Positions 1 to 11,165 of a stretch of 64,000 nucleotides of DNA are shown here, piece after piece. This DNA is from Promethearchaeota archaeon Loki_b31. GTDB lineage: Archaea > Asgardarchaeota > Lokiarchaeia > Sigyniarchaeales > SOKP01. Every line of letters starts with the position of its first letter. Positions within the stretch are counted from its first letter, which is position 1. Where the stretch lies: positions 1 to 64,000 of the forward strand of contig NJBI01000008.1 in assembly GCA_005222975.1 (NCBI GenBank), written 5' to 3'. Below the pieces are notes generated by a model. The model did no database searches. It was not told where the DNA came from and saw only the letters and a list, made by a program, of their open reading frames with translations. The translations under genes and the position numbers were made by a program.

Positions 1-35
1 TCTTACTTGGATCAATTATCAGCGTAATTTTTGCT

Positions 36-314
36 TTGAAAAAGAGGAAACCTGATCAATCTCCTTTAAAAATAGGTATCATGGTAGGTATTATTGGAGG
101 ATTCTTATCTACTATTGCCCCTACTATTTATATATGTACAGCATATCAGTTGCCTATTGATTGGTATTTTATTTATATAGCTATACTAAGTATAACTGGA
201 CTTGTTATTGGGAGTATAGTTGGACTACTAATGGGGTATTACTATAAGAAAAAGGATGCTAAAGCAAAATATTCAAAGGATGATGAATTCTATCAAGGTT
301 TAATAGTGAGATAA
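36..314 (+). CDS. Small membrane protein (2 TM)
   Basis: 92-aa ORF with two hydrophobic Gly-rich segments. Confidence 0.55.
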   Translation: MKKRKPDQSPLKIGIMVGIIGGFLSTIAPTIYICTAYQLPIDWYFIYIAILSITGLVIGSIVGLLMGYYYKKKDAKAKYSKDDEFYQGLIVR

Positions 315-663
315 TTTAATTGCATTATTACACATGATTTTTTTTATTTTAATCATTTGAAATTATAAATCTTGTTAGAAGGTTATCATTTGGTGGGCTC
401 CTTGATCTATAAAGGACGACCTGAAAAATTTAATACCAAATTTATACTCTAATTTAAAAGCTAGAAAGGTCCTAAAATGAAATTTATTGATTTAAGTATT
501 CTTATAATAAATCCCGCTGAATTAGTTTTTTTCGTACCATTCTAATTTTAAAATGATAAAATTATTCATAGATGCTAATGACCAATCTCAATATTTTTTG
601 TTACTACATCCTCTTACTTTTTTACTTTACTATCTATATTTAAAATTCCAATGTAATCAATTT

Positions 664-762
664 TTATTCTCCAGGATATTTAAAATGCCGTTGAGAGCGT
701 AAAATATCCATAGTTTTCATTATTTCTAAAGTTTCATCTAATGGCATGGTTTTACTTTCGAA
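664..762 (-). pseudogene. Remnant duplicate of the 3' end of the Gfo/Idh/MocA gene
   Basis: 664-762 matches 2101-2199 with 10 mismatches in 99 nt by manual alignment, including the stop codon. Confidence 0.85.
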
Positions 763-829
763 AGTCCCGTTCTAATAAACGCATGTACATTGTTGGCACT
801 CCTGGAAACATAGCAGGGCTAGTTGCCTT

Positions 830-1418
830 TATGGCAAAACTTAAAAGATTGCATAAAAAATTAGGAATTACAATTATTTATGTAACTCACGACCAGATAG
901 AAGCACTTTCAATGGGAACTTCAATTGCAATTTTAAACAACGGAAAAATAGAACAAGTAGGTAAACCAGATAGTATTTATAACTTTCCTAAAAATTTATT
1001 TGTTGCTGGATTCATTGGAAGTCCTCTAATGAATATGTTAGATGGTAATTTGAAAAAAGATAATGGAAATGCATATCTAGATTTCGGTTTTACAGAACAT
1101 AAATTACTATATGAATTATATCTAATTAATACAGTAAAACATAAGGAAATAATGTTAGGCATTCGACCAGAAGATGTTCTTATGTCAAAAGAAATTGGTA
1201 ATAATTCAGTTAGAGCAATAATTGATATTATAGAACCAATGGGGAGAGAATTTGAAATACATCTAGATGTAGGGGGAAAAATAATAATAAGTGTAATGAG
1301 AAAAATAGAGAATTTTAGAATAGGTGATGAAGTTTATCTAACTTTTAATGATAAAAAACTCCATTTATTTGATAAAAAAACGGGAGAAAATATATTTGCA
1401 TCAAATTATAACGATTAA
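830..1418 (+). pseudogene. MalK/MsmX-type sugar ABC ATPase, C-terminal fragment (H-loop + TOBE)
   Basis: LKRLHKKLGITIIYVTHDQIEALSM, FVAGFIGSP, LGIRPED and LHLFD motifs; no Walker A/B or signature motif; start approximate. Confidence 0.8.
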
Positions 1419-1603
1419 TTCCATTGGAACAAAAGATATTATTTTTTATTCCATTCTTGTTTATAATGGTTTTGCTAGTATAGCTTTAACTCTATGATTT
1501 TTAAATTCCCTTGTTGGTGCTGGTTTAATTAGACAAATCGTATCTGCCCTCTCCCTGTTCCACCAATAGCAATGATCTCTCTATTAATAAAAAGGATATG
1601 CAG

Positions 1604-1993
1604 TCACACAGTTATTTCAATTCGATTTTTTTCAGGATCTAATATCGTACTTTCGAAATAGCCGTCCCCCGTATATCTTGGACCGCCTAAAACTTCATAA
1701 CCATCATTAGCTAACCGAATAGTCAAAGCAATTACCTTTTCCTTAGATCCTACAGATATGGCTAAATGAATAAAACCTGTAAACTGTTTATATGGGTTAT
1801 TTGAAGATTCTGGAATTGATGGCATTTGCATTAGTTCCAACCTAGTTCCACCATCAAAGGTTAAGAAAATTGACGAGAACTCATGTTTACTATTGAAGTA
1901 TATATCATTTGATTTTGCACCAAAATAAGTTTCATAAAAAATTCTAATCTTTTCCAAGTCCCTAACCCAGATTGCAATATGGTCGATTTTCAA
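1604..1993 (-). CDS. VOC/glyoxalase family protein
   Basis: IDHIAIWV, RLELM, HLAISVG, YFES..LDPE.NRIEIT. Confidence 0.9.
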   Translation of the reverse strand: MKIDHIAIWVRDLEKIRIFYETYFGAKSNDIYFNSKHEFSSIFLTFDGGTRLELMQMPSIPESSNNPYKQFTGFIHLAISVGSKEKVIALTIRLANDGYEVLGGPRYTGDGYFESTILDPEKNRIEITV

Positions 1994-2100
1994 TGGAATT
2001 TTTCCTTAAATAGTTTTAACTAATTTAGCCTAATCTTCTTCTAAATGCTATTTCTTATTTTCTTTATCTTTGTTCCTTAAAATTAACGTATAGTAATTAT

Positions 2101-3093
2101 TTATTCTCCGGGATATTTAAGATGCCACTGAGAACGTAATATGTCCATAGTTTTCATTATTTCTAAAGTTTCATCCAATGGCATGATTTCACTTTCGAAT
2201 TTACCAGTATTTAGACAATGCATAACTTCCATTGCTTCATAATTATAACCAGTTGATTTAAAAGGTATTCTAATCGTTTTTTTTCGTTTACCCTCTAATT
2301 TCAGAATTATTTTTGATGGATGATAGAAGTTAGGAATTTCCAGATATCCTTTAGTTCCAAAGATGGAAGCATCATGTGGCATAATCAGTCTATGTGAAGA
2401 AGAAAGCATTGCAGTTTGTCCATTTTCATATTCAAATAAATAACAAGATTTTTCATCCACTTTTGTTTTTCCAATATATGCGCTACTTTTTATTTTTGAA
2501 GGAGGTTGTTTATAAATCATTCTCGCAAATGAAATAGGATAGACCCCTAGATCAAGTAATGCACCCCCTCCTAGATCAGGATTGAATGAACGTCCTCTAG
2601 GGTCTAATTCCTTTTTAATTCCAAAGTTAGCCGTAACATGTTGAATTTCTCCTACTATTCCCCTATCTAAAAATTCATTTAATTTTACGATACAAGGTAA
2701 AAACCTTGTCCACATAGCTTCCATTAAAAATACATTATTGTTACGGGCTGTGTTAATTAACTCTTCAGCTTGTTTAGCATTCAATGTAATAGGTTTTTCA
2801 CAGAGAACTGGTTTTCCGTGATTTAGACAGAGTAATGCATTTTTATAATGAAAATTATGAGTAGTCGCAATATAAATAACATCCACAGCGTGATAGTTCA
2901 CCAAATCTTCATAATTATTATATGTGTTTTTCACACCGAACATTTTACCAAAACTTTCAGCTTTTCCCTCTGTTTTAGAAGCAACACCCTCCAATATTGC
3001 ATCGGGAAGTACCTTTAATCCTTCAGCAAACTTATAGGCTATCCTTCCACAACCTAAAATTCCCCATTTTATTATTTTACTCATATTATTCAT
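2101..3093 (-). CDS. Gfo/Idh/MocA family oxidoreductase
   Basis: WGILGCGRIA, VLCEKP, LMEAMWTRF, GGGALLDLGVY. Confidence 0.92.
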   Translation of the reverse strand: MNNMSKIIKWGILGCGRIAYKFAEGLKVLPDAILEGVASKTEGKAESFGKMFGVKNTYNNYEDLVNYHAVDVIYIATTHNFHYKNALLCLNHGKPVLCEKPITLNAKQAEELINTARNNNVFLMEAMWTRFLPCIVKLNEFLDRGIVGEIQHVTANFGIKKELDPRGRSFNPDLGGGALLDLGVYPISFARMIYKQPPSKIKSSAYIGKTKVDEKSCYLFEYENGQTAMLSSSHRLIMPHDASIFGTKGYLEIPNFYHPSKIILKLEGKRKKTIRIPFKSTGYNYEAMEVMHCLNTGKFESEIMPLDETLEIMKTMDILRSQWHLKYPGE

Positions 3094-3387
3094 TTATGAT
3101 GATCAGTTTAAAATTTTTTTTTTTCATAAAAATGTAAAAATGTATAATTGAAATCTTTTTTGAAAAATATATAAAATTTCATAGGAAATCTGATTTGGAC
3201 TTGATGATTATAGGAATTGGTAAAAACTCTATCCCTTAAAAAAGCATTCTTATCTGAAAAAGGTAAATAAACCATTCTTTTCATCATCCACGAAATCGTC
3301 CACATAAAGATCATCAAGGCATATTGTTTACTTATTTTTTAATTTAAAGATTTTTATATTTTGTAGCAATATTATATTAGAATTCTT

Positions 3388-4308
3388 ATGAAAGTTTTAT
3401 TCATTGGTGGAACAGGAAATATTAGTTCTTATGTAAGTAAATTACTATTAGAAAAAGGATTTGATCTTTATTTATTAAATCGAGGTAATATCAAATTAGA
3501 TTTACCCGGAGCAAATTATTTTAAAGGTGATATAAGAAATAAAGAAGAAATTATTAAAATTCTTTCTAATCAGAAATTTGATGTTGTAGTAGATTGGATT
3601 GCTTTTATAGTAGATCATGTAGAGTTTGATTATGAATTGTTTGAAGATAGGGTTAAGCAATATATTTTTATAAGCAGTGCTTCTATTTATCAAAAACCCC
3701 TTCAACTCCATATATCACGGAATCTACACCATTAAAAAACCCTTATTGGCAATATAGTCGTGATAAAATTGCTTGTGAAGATTTTTTAAGGAAAAAATAT
3801 CGTGAGAACGATTTTCCTATTACAATTGTTCGTCCTTCTCATACTTATAATACTATTTTTCCCATAATTTCTCCTGGAAGTAATAATTACACTTTTATTG
3901 ATAGAATTAAAAAGGGAATGTGGTTTAATTGGAAATATCCATTCAATCGGTCATCCATTTCATATTACATCTGATGAAATTCTAACTTGGAATCAAATAT
4001 ATGAGATTATGGCTGATACTCTTGGAGTAAAATTAAATCTCGTCTATATTCCTTCAGAATTTCTTAATAAATGTAATAATCAAGTAGGTTCTTCCTTATT
4101 AGGAGATAAATCCTATAGTATGATTTTTGACAATTCAAAAATTAAGCAATTTGTTCCTGAATTCAAAGCGACGATCCCCTTTTCAGAGGGAATAAAGCGA
4201 GTTTTTGAATGGTTTGAAGCAGATCCTAAAAGAAAGATTATCGATGAATCTATAAATGATGGAATGGATAGAATAATATCATTATATAAAAACAATAGAA
4301 ATCTCTGA
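3388..4308 (+). pseudogene. NAD-dependent epimerase/dehydratase (extended SDR), frameshifted with an apparent internal deletion
   Basis: IGGTGNIS start; after a frameshift near 3700 another frame reads ITESTPLKNPYWQYSRDKIACE...IVRPSHTY; a second break near 3915 joins to GHPFHITSDE..TWNQIY. Confidence 0.8.
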
Positions 4309-4443
4309 AGAAAGAGATCATCTTGGTTGCATTATATACTGGTATTTTAATATGTTCTGATGCCGTTTCTTTTATTGTCTCCATAAACTTTTAATATTCG
4401 ATTTTCATTTTATTCAATGTTTCAATATATCGAGATTAATATC

Positions 4444-5430
4444 ATGAAATATAGAGTTTTAGGAAAAACAGGATATAAAGTTTCAGAGATATCAATTGGA
4501 ACATGGCAATTAGGAGGTAAATGGGGAGAACCATTCGATAAAACTATAGCTCAAAATACACTATCTATAGCAGTTTCAAATGGAATCAATTTCTTTGATA
4601 CTGCTGATGTGTATAAAGAACGCCAAAGCGAACAATTTTGCGGGAATTTTTCAAAATCTACTAATGAAAAAGTCTATGTTGCAACCAAATGCGGTAGACG
4701 ATTAAATCCTCATAATACTGAAGGATATAATGAGGAAAATATTAGAAAATTTGTTGATGATAGTTTAAAGAATATGGAAATTGACACAATTGATTTACTT
4801 CAACTTCACTGTCCTCCAACAGCAGTATATTATAGACCAATGGTCTTTGATATTTTAGATTCCTTGAAAGATGAAGGGAAAATTCAAAATTATGGTGTGA
4901 GTGTAGAAAGAGTTGAAGAGGCATTAAAAGCTATTGAATTTCCAAACGTATCAACTGTACAAATTATTTTTAATGTGTTTCGACAAAGGTCAAGCGAATT
5001 ATTTTTTGAGCAAGCTAAAAAGAAAAACATTGGCATTATTGTTCGTGTTCCATTAGCAAGTGGATTACTTACTGGAAAATTCACCAAGGATACTGTATTT
5101 AAAGAGGGAGATCATAGATATTTTAACAGGAACGGACTAGCATTTGATAAAGGTGAAACATTTTCGGGAGTGGATTATGAAATAGGATTAAAAGCTGTTG
5201 AAGAAATAAAGAAAGTATTTGGAAATCCTGAAAATCTTGCTCCTCATGCATTACGTTGGATTTTAATGTTTGATGCTGTTTCTTGTATCATTCCTGGTGC
5301 AAGTCGGGTATCCCATGTTAAATCAAACATTCAAGCTTCATATTTAGAGCCTTTATCAAATGATCAAATGGTTCAAATTCAAGAAATCTATGAAAAATAT
5401 ATTAAAAAGACAGTTCATCATCTCTGGTAA
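4444..5430 (+). CDS. Aldo/keto reductase
   Basis: MKYRVLGKTG, FFDTADVY, IDLLQLH, RVPLASGLL, IPGAS. Confidence 0.92.
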   Translation: MKYRVLGKTGYKVSEISIGTWQLGGKWGEPFDKTIAQNTLSIAVSNGINFFDTADVYKERQSEQFCGNFSKSTNEKVYVATKCGRRLNPHNTEGYNEENIRKFVDDSLKNMEIDTIDLLQLHCPPTAVYYRPMVFDILDSLKDEGKIQNYGVSVERVEEALKAIEFPNVSTVQIIFNVFRQRSSELFFEQAKKKNIGIIVRVPLASGLLTGKFTKDTVFKEGDHRYFNRNGLAFDKGETFSGVDYEIGLKAVEEIKKVFGNPENLAPHALRWILMFDAVSCIIPGASRVSHVKSNIQASYLEPLSNDQMVQIQEIYEKYIKKTVHHLW

Positions 5431-5494
5431 AAAAAAATTCCATTTTTTATATTTTTAATAGTAATGAAGTATTTAACTGCACTATACATAGTGA

Positions 5495-5671
5495 TTAGAT
5501 TATGGATCTTCCATTCAATGTTAATTTGAAAAATAAGGTAACTTCATCGCCATATTCCGAACTTTTATCACTAATTCCCGTAGTAAAATTGAAATTACCC
5601 TTAATTATAGGTGATAAAACGAAAACCATTCCTAAAAACATTAAAGATATTATTTTTAATTTTAATTTCAT
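5495..5671 (-). pseudogene. N-terminal signal-anchor fragment of a secreted protein
   Basis: MKLKLKIISLMFLGMVFVLSPII signal-like start followed by an early stop; start approximate. Confidence 0.35.
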
Positions 5672-5854
5672 TTTATCTTTGCCTAAATGTATAGACTTTG
5701 GTATAGAAAGATTATGATAGGAGATATTTAAATTTATGCTCAATTAGGCTAAGACGGGTAAAATATTAGTTTTCATTATTTTAGCTTTAAGATTTTTTAT
5801 TTCTACTTTTTATTTTAATAATTTTTTCTAAATTTTTATTTAGAATTATCTAAC

Positions 5855-6256
5855 ATGTTAGATATTGTTTTAAAACAAGAAAATGGATATAGATGCATAG
5901 ATCTTGGTTTTACTAAATATAAATTATCAGATGAATTGGAAAAAATCAAAAAAATGAATAATAAAAGAATAATATTAGGCATTCGACCTGAAGATGTTTT
6001 AATATCAAAACAAAATGCTAGCAATTCAATTAAAGCAAAAATTGATATTATAGAGCCAATGGGGAGAGAATTTGAAATACATCTAGATTTAGGTTTAAAA
6101 ACATTAATTGCTGTTATTAGAAAAATTGAAAGTTTTAATATTGGTGACGAAGTTTATTTAACTTTTAATGATAAAAAAATTCATTTATTTGATAAAAATA
6201 CTGAAGAAAATATATTTGCATCAATATATAAAGATAAATCTAATTTTTTTTTTTGA
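5855..6256 (+). pseudogene. Second MalK-type C-terminal (TOBE) fragment
   Basis: LGIRPEDVL, IDIIEPMGREFEIHLD, GDEVYLTFNDKK; paralog of 1033-1418. Confidence 0.75.
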
Positions 6257-6510
6257 ATAAATTAAATTCAAATAAAAGAAATTTAGGGTAATTTTATAAA
6301 TGAATGAAGAATTATAAAGATTTTCAACGCTCTTCGTTTATAAAATCTTTCTACCCGCTTTTTTTTATCTTTCACCTCATTAACGCTAAGAATTCATTTG
6401 AGCATTTGAGATTTTTATCGGTCTTGAATTAATCACTATTGGCTGTAATGATTTGAGTTAGATCGTCCCATTCTTCATCCAAAAGATATTTAAGCCAAGT
6501 TTCATTATTA

Positions 6511-7848
6511 TTGCACATGGTTGGAAGAAAAAAAAAGGTTTATGGACCGAATTGGCAACCCATCGAAGCTCAGAGCGAGAGTGGAGCGCGCTTTTCGTTA
6601 GGTAAGATCCAACTTTTTTGTCCCGTGTGCGGGAGTCCAAAAGTTGGCCCATATGGAACACACGGTAGAGAAAACACCCGTGTTAAGACGTTTCAGTGTA
6701 AAAATCGCAAATGTCCGCATTTAAAGAATTATAAAACGGGCAAACAGTTTGTTTTAACCACTTCATATCAATTCAGAGAGTTAATATTCGGTAAACTCAA
6801 GGCTCTTTACGAAGACTTGCTGAAAGACGGTGCTAAAAACAAGACAATCGCGAAAAAGTATGGCATATCCGAGTCGCAAGTATCGGCGCTTAGAACTGAG
6901 ATTAAATTTGCTATTGACAAGTTAAACGGGTTGGATACGCTCGTATTGGCACCTCAACCAGATACAGCTGTTGCCATTGATGAAACATTCCTTAAAATCG
7001 AAGGTTCGTCCATTTATGTTATCATAGCCACGGGGTATACATCCCATAAAACTTTAGGAATAAAAGTGTCTAAAAGTCGTTCAGAAGAAGATATTCGCGA
7101 GGTTTTTAACGAGGCAGATGGGAATGCTAAGCATGATATTAGCGCGATTAGTTCCGATGCCTTGAACGCTACGCAATCTATGGCAAAAAACTTAAACAGG
7201 GAGATCACCCATATCATCCACCCCCATAAAAAGCCGTTCAAAAAAGCCATTATCCGACATTACAGCTACGAAAACAACGAAAGAATCACGACGACGATTG
7301 GTGTGAAAAGTAATTTCTTTAAAAAACGCGGTAAGCGGCAATTTAAGTACATGGAAGCAAGAACTGACTTGACTCCTAAGATAATGAAAAAGCGCGGACG
7401 ACCTAAGGGTTCTAAAACCAAGAAGAGGCGCAAAAAGCCAATGACAAAAAAGAAACGCGGTCGCAAAGGACTTTACACTGTGTTTGAGAAAGGAACGATC
7501 GGCTACGCCACAATCGACCCATATCGAGACAAGTTAAAGTTAGGAAAAGGGTTGTCCAGACCGGTTGGCGCCGGGCTGAACGCGACATTAAAGTTGTTCC
7601 CCCTAATGTCAATACAAAATAATCTTGCGGAAAATATAAATTCTATCCTCCGCGCTATTATCCGGTTAAGAGGTCCAAAAACAATAGAATCCGTGGAGAG
7701 ACGCATTAGGGCAACATTGAAGATACGGAATCATCCCGAAATCCTAGATGAGGTGCGAATCGTGAGGCAAGTGAGGGGAAACTTTTTAATGAACAATCTA
7801 AAACTCATAGAATGCGCCGATTTACTAGAACGGGGGATTATAATGTAA
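6511..7848 (+). mobile_element. DDE transposase (IS6/ISH6-like architecture): Zn ribbon, HTH, DDE core with a basic AT-hook insert
   Basis: CPVCGS...CKNRKC; TIAKKYGISESQVS HTH; AIDET / SSDA / NNLAEN triad; visibly higher GC than the flanks; element ends not resolved. Confidence 0.8.
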
Positions 7849-8060
7849 GAGAATAAAAAAAGGGGTTAATTTATAATAGTTAATTCGTTTATAAAATTAA
7901 CCGAAATTTAAGATATATTTTAATTTTAGTAATTTTAATTTTTTCGAACCTATATAACAATTAACTTTTAATAATTCCAAAAAATAAATTAAAATAATTG
8001 AATTTTAAGAGTATAGTTTAAAAAATCTATCCTTTGAATAATATTGATTAGGTAAATTAA

Positions 8061-8861
8061 ATGAAAATTCTAAGAATAATTGAAAAGAAGAAAATTCACC
8101 AAGCAGCAGAACTACTATTGAATTCTAAAGAAGCCATTGCTTTAACTGGGGCGGGAGTTTCTACGGAATCTGGAATTCCTGACTTTAGAGGGGAAGATGG
8201 CATTTGGAAGAAGTTTCCGATTGAAACGTTTGGTACATTGGAAAGTCTCCTAAAAAATCCCGCCAAATTCTGGGAGATGGCACAAAAAATTGCCCCAAAC
8301 TTATTCAAAGCAAAACCAAATCCAGGACATTGTGCTCTTGCAGAACTCGAGAAGATGGATTTAATTAAAGCTGTCATTACTCAAAATATTGATGAACTTC
8401 ATCAAAAAGCGGGCTCTATAATAGTTTATGAAGTACATGGAAGTATTAATAGATTTAATTGTTTAGGTTGTAAAGCCTCTTATACAAAAGAGCAAGTTTA
8501 TCGCAAATTGAAGAAAGAGAAAAAAACGGGGCCACAATGCGAATTTTGCGCAACTCCACTCAAACCTTCGGTTGTATTGTTTGGAGAAGGATTACCTAGA
8601 TTTGAAATATTCCAATCTCAAGCTTTAGCTAAAAAAGCAGATGTCATGTTAATTGTGGGATCCTCCCTCTCAGTTGCCCCTATATGCGATCTACCCCTCT
8701 ATACGCTAAGGGAAAAAGGAAAATTAATAATTGTAAATGACCAACCAACTCATTTGGATGAAAAAGCAGAGGTTGTAATTAACCACAAATCAGGCACTAT
8801 TTTACCTTTAATTGTGGAAGAAATTAAAAAATTAAAATCAGAACAAGAACCTATTGTATAA
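8061..8861 (+). CDS. cobB: NAD-dependent protein deacylase (sirtuin)
   Basis: LTGAGVSTESGIPDFRG, ITQNIDELH, HGS, CxxC..CxxC, GSSLSV. Confidence 0.95.
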   Translation: MKILRIIEKKKIHQAAELLLNSKEAIALTGAGVSTESGIPDFRGEDGIWKKFPIETFGTLESLLKNPAKFWEMAQKIAPNLFKAKPNPGHCALAELEKMDLIKAVITQNIDELHQKAGSIIVYEVHGSINRFNCLGCKASYTKEQVYRKLKKEKKTGPQCEFCATPLKPSVVLFGEGLPRFEIFQSQALAKKADVMLIVGSSLSVAPICDLPLYTLREKGKLIIVNDQPTHLDEKAEVVINHKSGTILPLIVEEIKKLKSEQEPIV

Positions 8862-8898
8862 TCTCATAAAGTTCTTAATTTTTTAAGAAGTTTTTTAT

Positions 8899-10476
8899 AT
8901 GTATGAAGAAAGCGTAATTATTAAAGATTGGAGAAATGTTGACTTCTCTTTTGGTCTAATATATCCAAACAATTATAAATTGGGAATGTCTTCCTATTCA
9001 ATCAGATTACTTTATCATTTAATTAACTCCAACGAAAGAGTTGTATGCGAGCGAATTTGCCTTCCTGAAAAAATAAAATTTCCAGCATCTAAAGATCTAT
9101 CTTCCATTGACCGCCTTCGAAGTATAGAAAATAAAGTTTTACCTAAAGATTTTGACATTTTAGGATTCTCAGTTCATTACGAAAACGATTATAGAAATAT
9201 TTTATGGATTTTAGACAAAGCCCATATCCCATTAGATGCAAAAAAACGTCACGATTCTTACTTTCGTAATATAATAAATTATCCTCTCATAATTGGTGGA
9301 GGGCCCACAGTAACTTCAAATCCTTTACCATTGAGTAAGGTTTTTGATCTCTTCTTTATCGGTGATGCAGAACCAAATCTTAATGTATTTTTTGATGTTT
9401 TCATGGATTACAAATTAAAAAAAATTAATTTTCAAGCATTTCTTAATCGGGTAAAAAATATAGAAGGTATTTTTATACCAGCTCTCGATAACAAAACAAA
9501 TCGAGCAGTTTTAAAAAATCTAGATGAATCTCCTACGCCACAATTTCAATTATTAGCTAAGAATGATAATACTAATAAGATATTTGAAGAAAACTATTTT
9601 ATTGAAGTTAATAGAGGTTGTCCGTATCAATGCAAATTTTGTTTATCTTCTTTCCACAATTCTCCGTTTAGAAATAAGAGTTATGAGGAGATAATTAAAA
9701 GCATTGAAGAAGGTATAAAATATTCAAATTTTAAAAAAATTAGTCTAATTGGATCGTGCATATCCTCCCATCCTAAATTTGTTGAAATATGCGAGTTTAT
9801 AATCAATAAAGGCAAGAACTTCAGCATCCCTTCAATTCGTTTAGAACATATCACGCCTAAAATCATTAAAATATTCGAAAAAAACGGTGTTAAAACGATT
9901 ACCATTGCTCCAGAAACGGGAACAGAATCGTTACGATACGACTTAGGAAAAAGAATATCTAACGAGAAGATTTTACAAGTTTTAAACCAAATTAAAGAAT
10001 CTAAGATAAAAAAAGTAAAATTTTATTTTCTAGTAGGATTGCCAAACGAAACCGATGATGATGTTTTAGAAATTATTAATCTTTTGAAATCCATTAAGAA
10101 AATTGGTTTTACGAGGAATGAACTTAAGGTTAATATTAATCCGTTTGTTCCTAAACTAAACACACCCTACGGAAATAAATGTCACTTTTATTTATCAAAT
10201 AATCTTAGTGATTTAAAAATGAAACTTAAAACATTAGAAGTAGCGTTAAAAAACATCGTCTCAATTAAATTTAAAAACCCAAAAAACATCGTTAATAACG
10301 CGAGATTACAGGCTTTAATATCGTTAGGAAATCGAAATGTATCCGAATTACTCCTACAATATTACTTTAATGGTGCTAATATGGGCGCTTTAAGAAGGGC
10401 TGAAAAAGATTTGAATTTTTCAATCGATAGCTATTTCCAAAAAGTCCAAGATGGTTATAAACCGTGGATAATCTAG
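8899..10476 (+). CDS. Radical SAM protein with N-terminal B12-binding-like domain
   Basis: YPNNYKLGMSS, IGGGP..NP.P, EVNRGCPYQCKFC, APETG. Confidence 0.88.
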   Translation: MYEESVIIKDWRNVDFSFGLIYPNNYKLGMSSYSIRLLYHLINSNERVVCERICLPEKIKFPASKDLSSIDRLRSIENKVLPKDFDILGFSVHYENDYRNILWILDKAHIPLDAKKRHDSYFRNIINYPLIIGGGPTVTSNPLPLSKVFDLFFIGDAEPNLNVFFDVFMDYKLKKINFQAFLNRVKNIEGIFIPALDNKTNRAVLKNLDESPTPQFQLLAKNDNTNKIFEENYFIEVNRGCPYQCKFCLSSFHNSPFRNKSYEEIIKSIEEGIKYSNFKKISLIGSCISSHPKFVEICEFIINKGKNFSIPSIRLEHITPKIIKIFEKNGVKTITIAPETGTESLRYDLGKRISNEKILQVLNQIKESKIKKVKFYFLVGLPNETDDDVLEIINLLKSIKKIGFTRNELKVNINPFVPKLNTPYGNKCHFYLSNNLSDLKMKLKTLEVALKNIVSIKFKNPKNIVNNARLQALISLGNRNVSELLLQYYFNGANMGALRRAEKDLNFSIDSYFQKVQDGYKPWII

Positions 10477-10507
10477 ATTACAAATAAAAAGAAAAATTAG
10501 ATTGGTT

Positions 10508-11023
10508 TTAATCGATTTTATTAAATACTTGTTTAGGAGATTTACAAACTGGGCATTGGTCTGGAGGTTCTCCTTCGTGCGTATACCCGCATACAGAGCA
10601 TACATATATTGGCCCATCTTCTAAATCTTTACCGTTTTCAACTACTTCTAAAGCTTTTTGATAAAGTTTATGATGTATTTTCTCCACATCGTTAGCAAAA
10701 TTAAAAGTTCTTTCTGCGCTTCTATTTTCTTCAGTTTTGGCATCGTTAATGAAATCAGGGTACATTTTTGTAAATTCGTAAAATTCACCCTCAATTGCTT
10801 CTTTTAAGTTTTCGGTAGTAGACTTGATACCTCCCATAGCACGCAAGTGGTTATGTGCGTGTACCGTTTCTGCATCCGCAGCAGCTCTAAATAAGTGCGC
10901 TACTCCTGGAAGTCCGTCTTGTTCTGCTTTTTTTGCAAAAGCTAGATACTTTCTATTGGCTTGAGATTCGCCCGCAAAAGCGGCTTTTAAATCTTCTTCT
11001 GATTTTGTCATATTTAAGTTCAC
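10508..11023 (-). CDS. rbr: Rubrerythrin
   Basis: AFAGESQANRKY, AETVHA, VEKIH, CSVCGY...CPVC. Confidence 0.95.
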   Translation of the reverse strand: MNLNMTKSEEDLKAAFAGESQANRKYLAFAKKAEQDGLPGVAHLFRAAADAETVHAHNHLRAMGGIKSTTENLKEAIEGEFYEFTKMYPDFINDAKTEENRSAERTFNFANDVEKIHHKLYQKALEVVENGKDLEDGPIYVCSVCGYTHEGEPPDQCPVCKSPKQVFNKID

Positions 11024-11165
11024 TCATTAAATTTTTATTGTGAATTATATTTCAGAATATTTTAAGTTTCATCTTATAATTAATAATCTTTTCTGAATCG
11101 CGAAATTTAGCAACAAATCATGAAAAGGCTAAAAATAGACCGATTAGAAACATGATTTTCTAATA

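Noticed and set aside
741-830. N-terminus of ORF 741-1418 as real protein
   Set aside because: It overlaps the antisense remnant of the Gfo/Idh/MocA 3' end; MalK similarity begins only near 830
6400-7950. Terminal inverted repeats / target-site duplication of the IS
   Set aside because: No convincing inverted match found by eye
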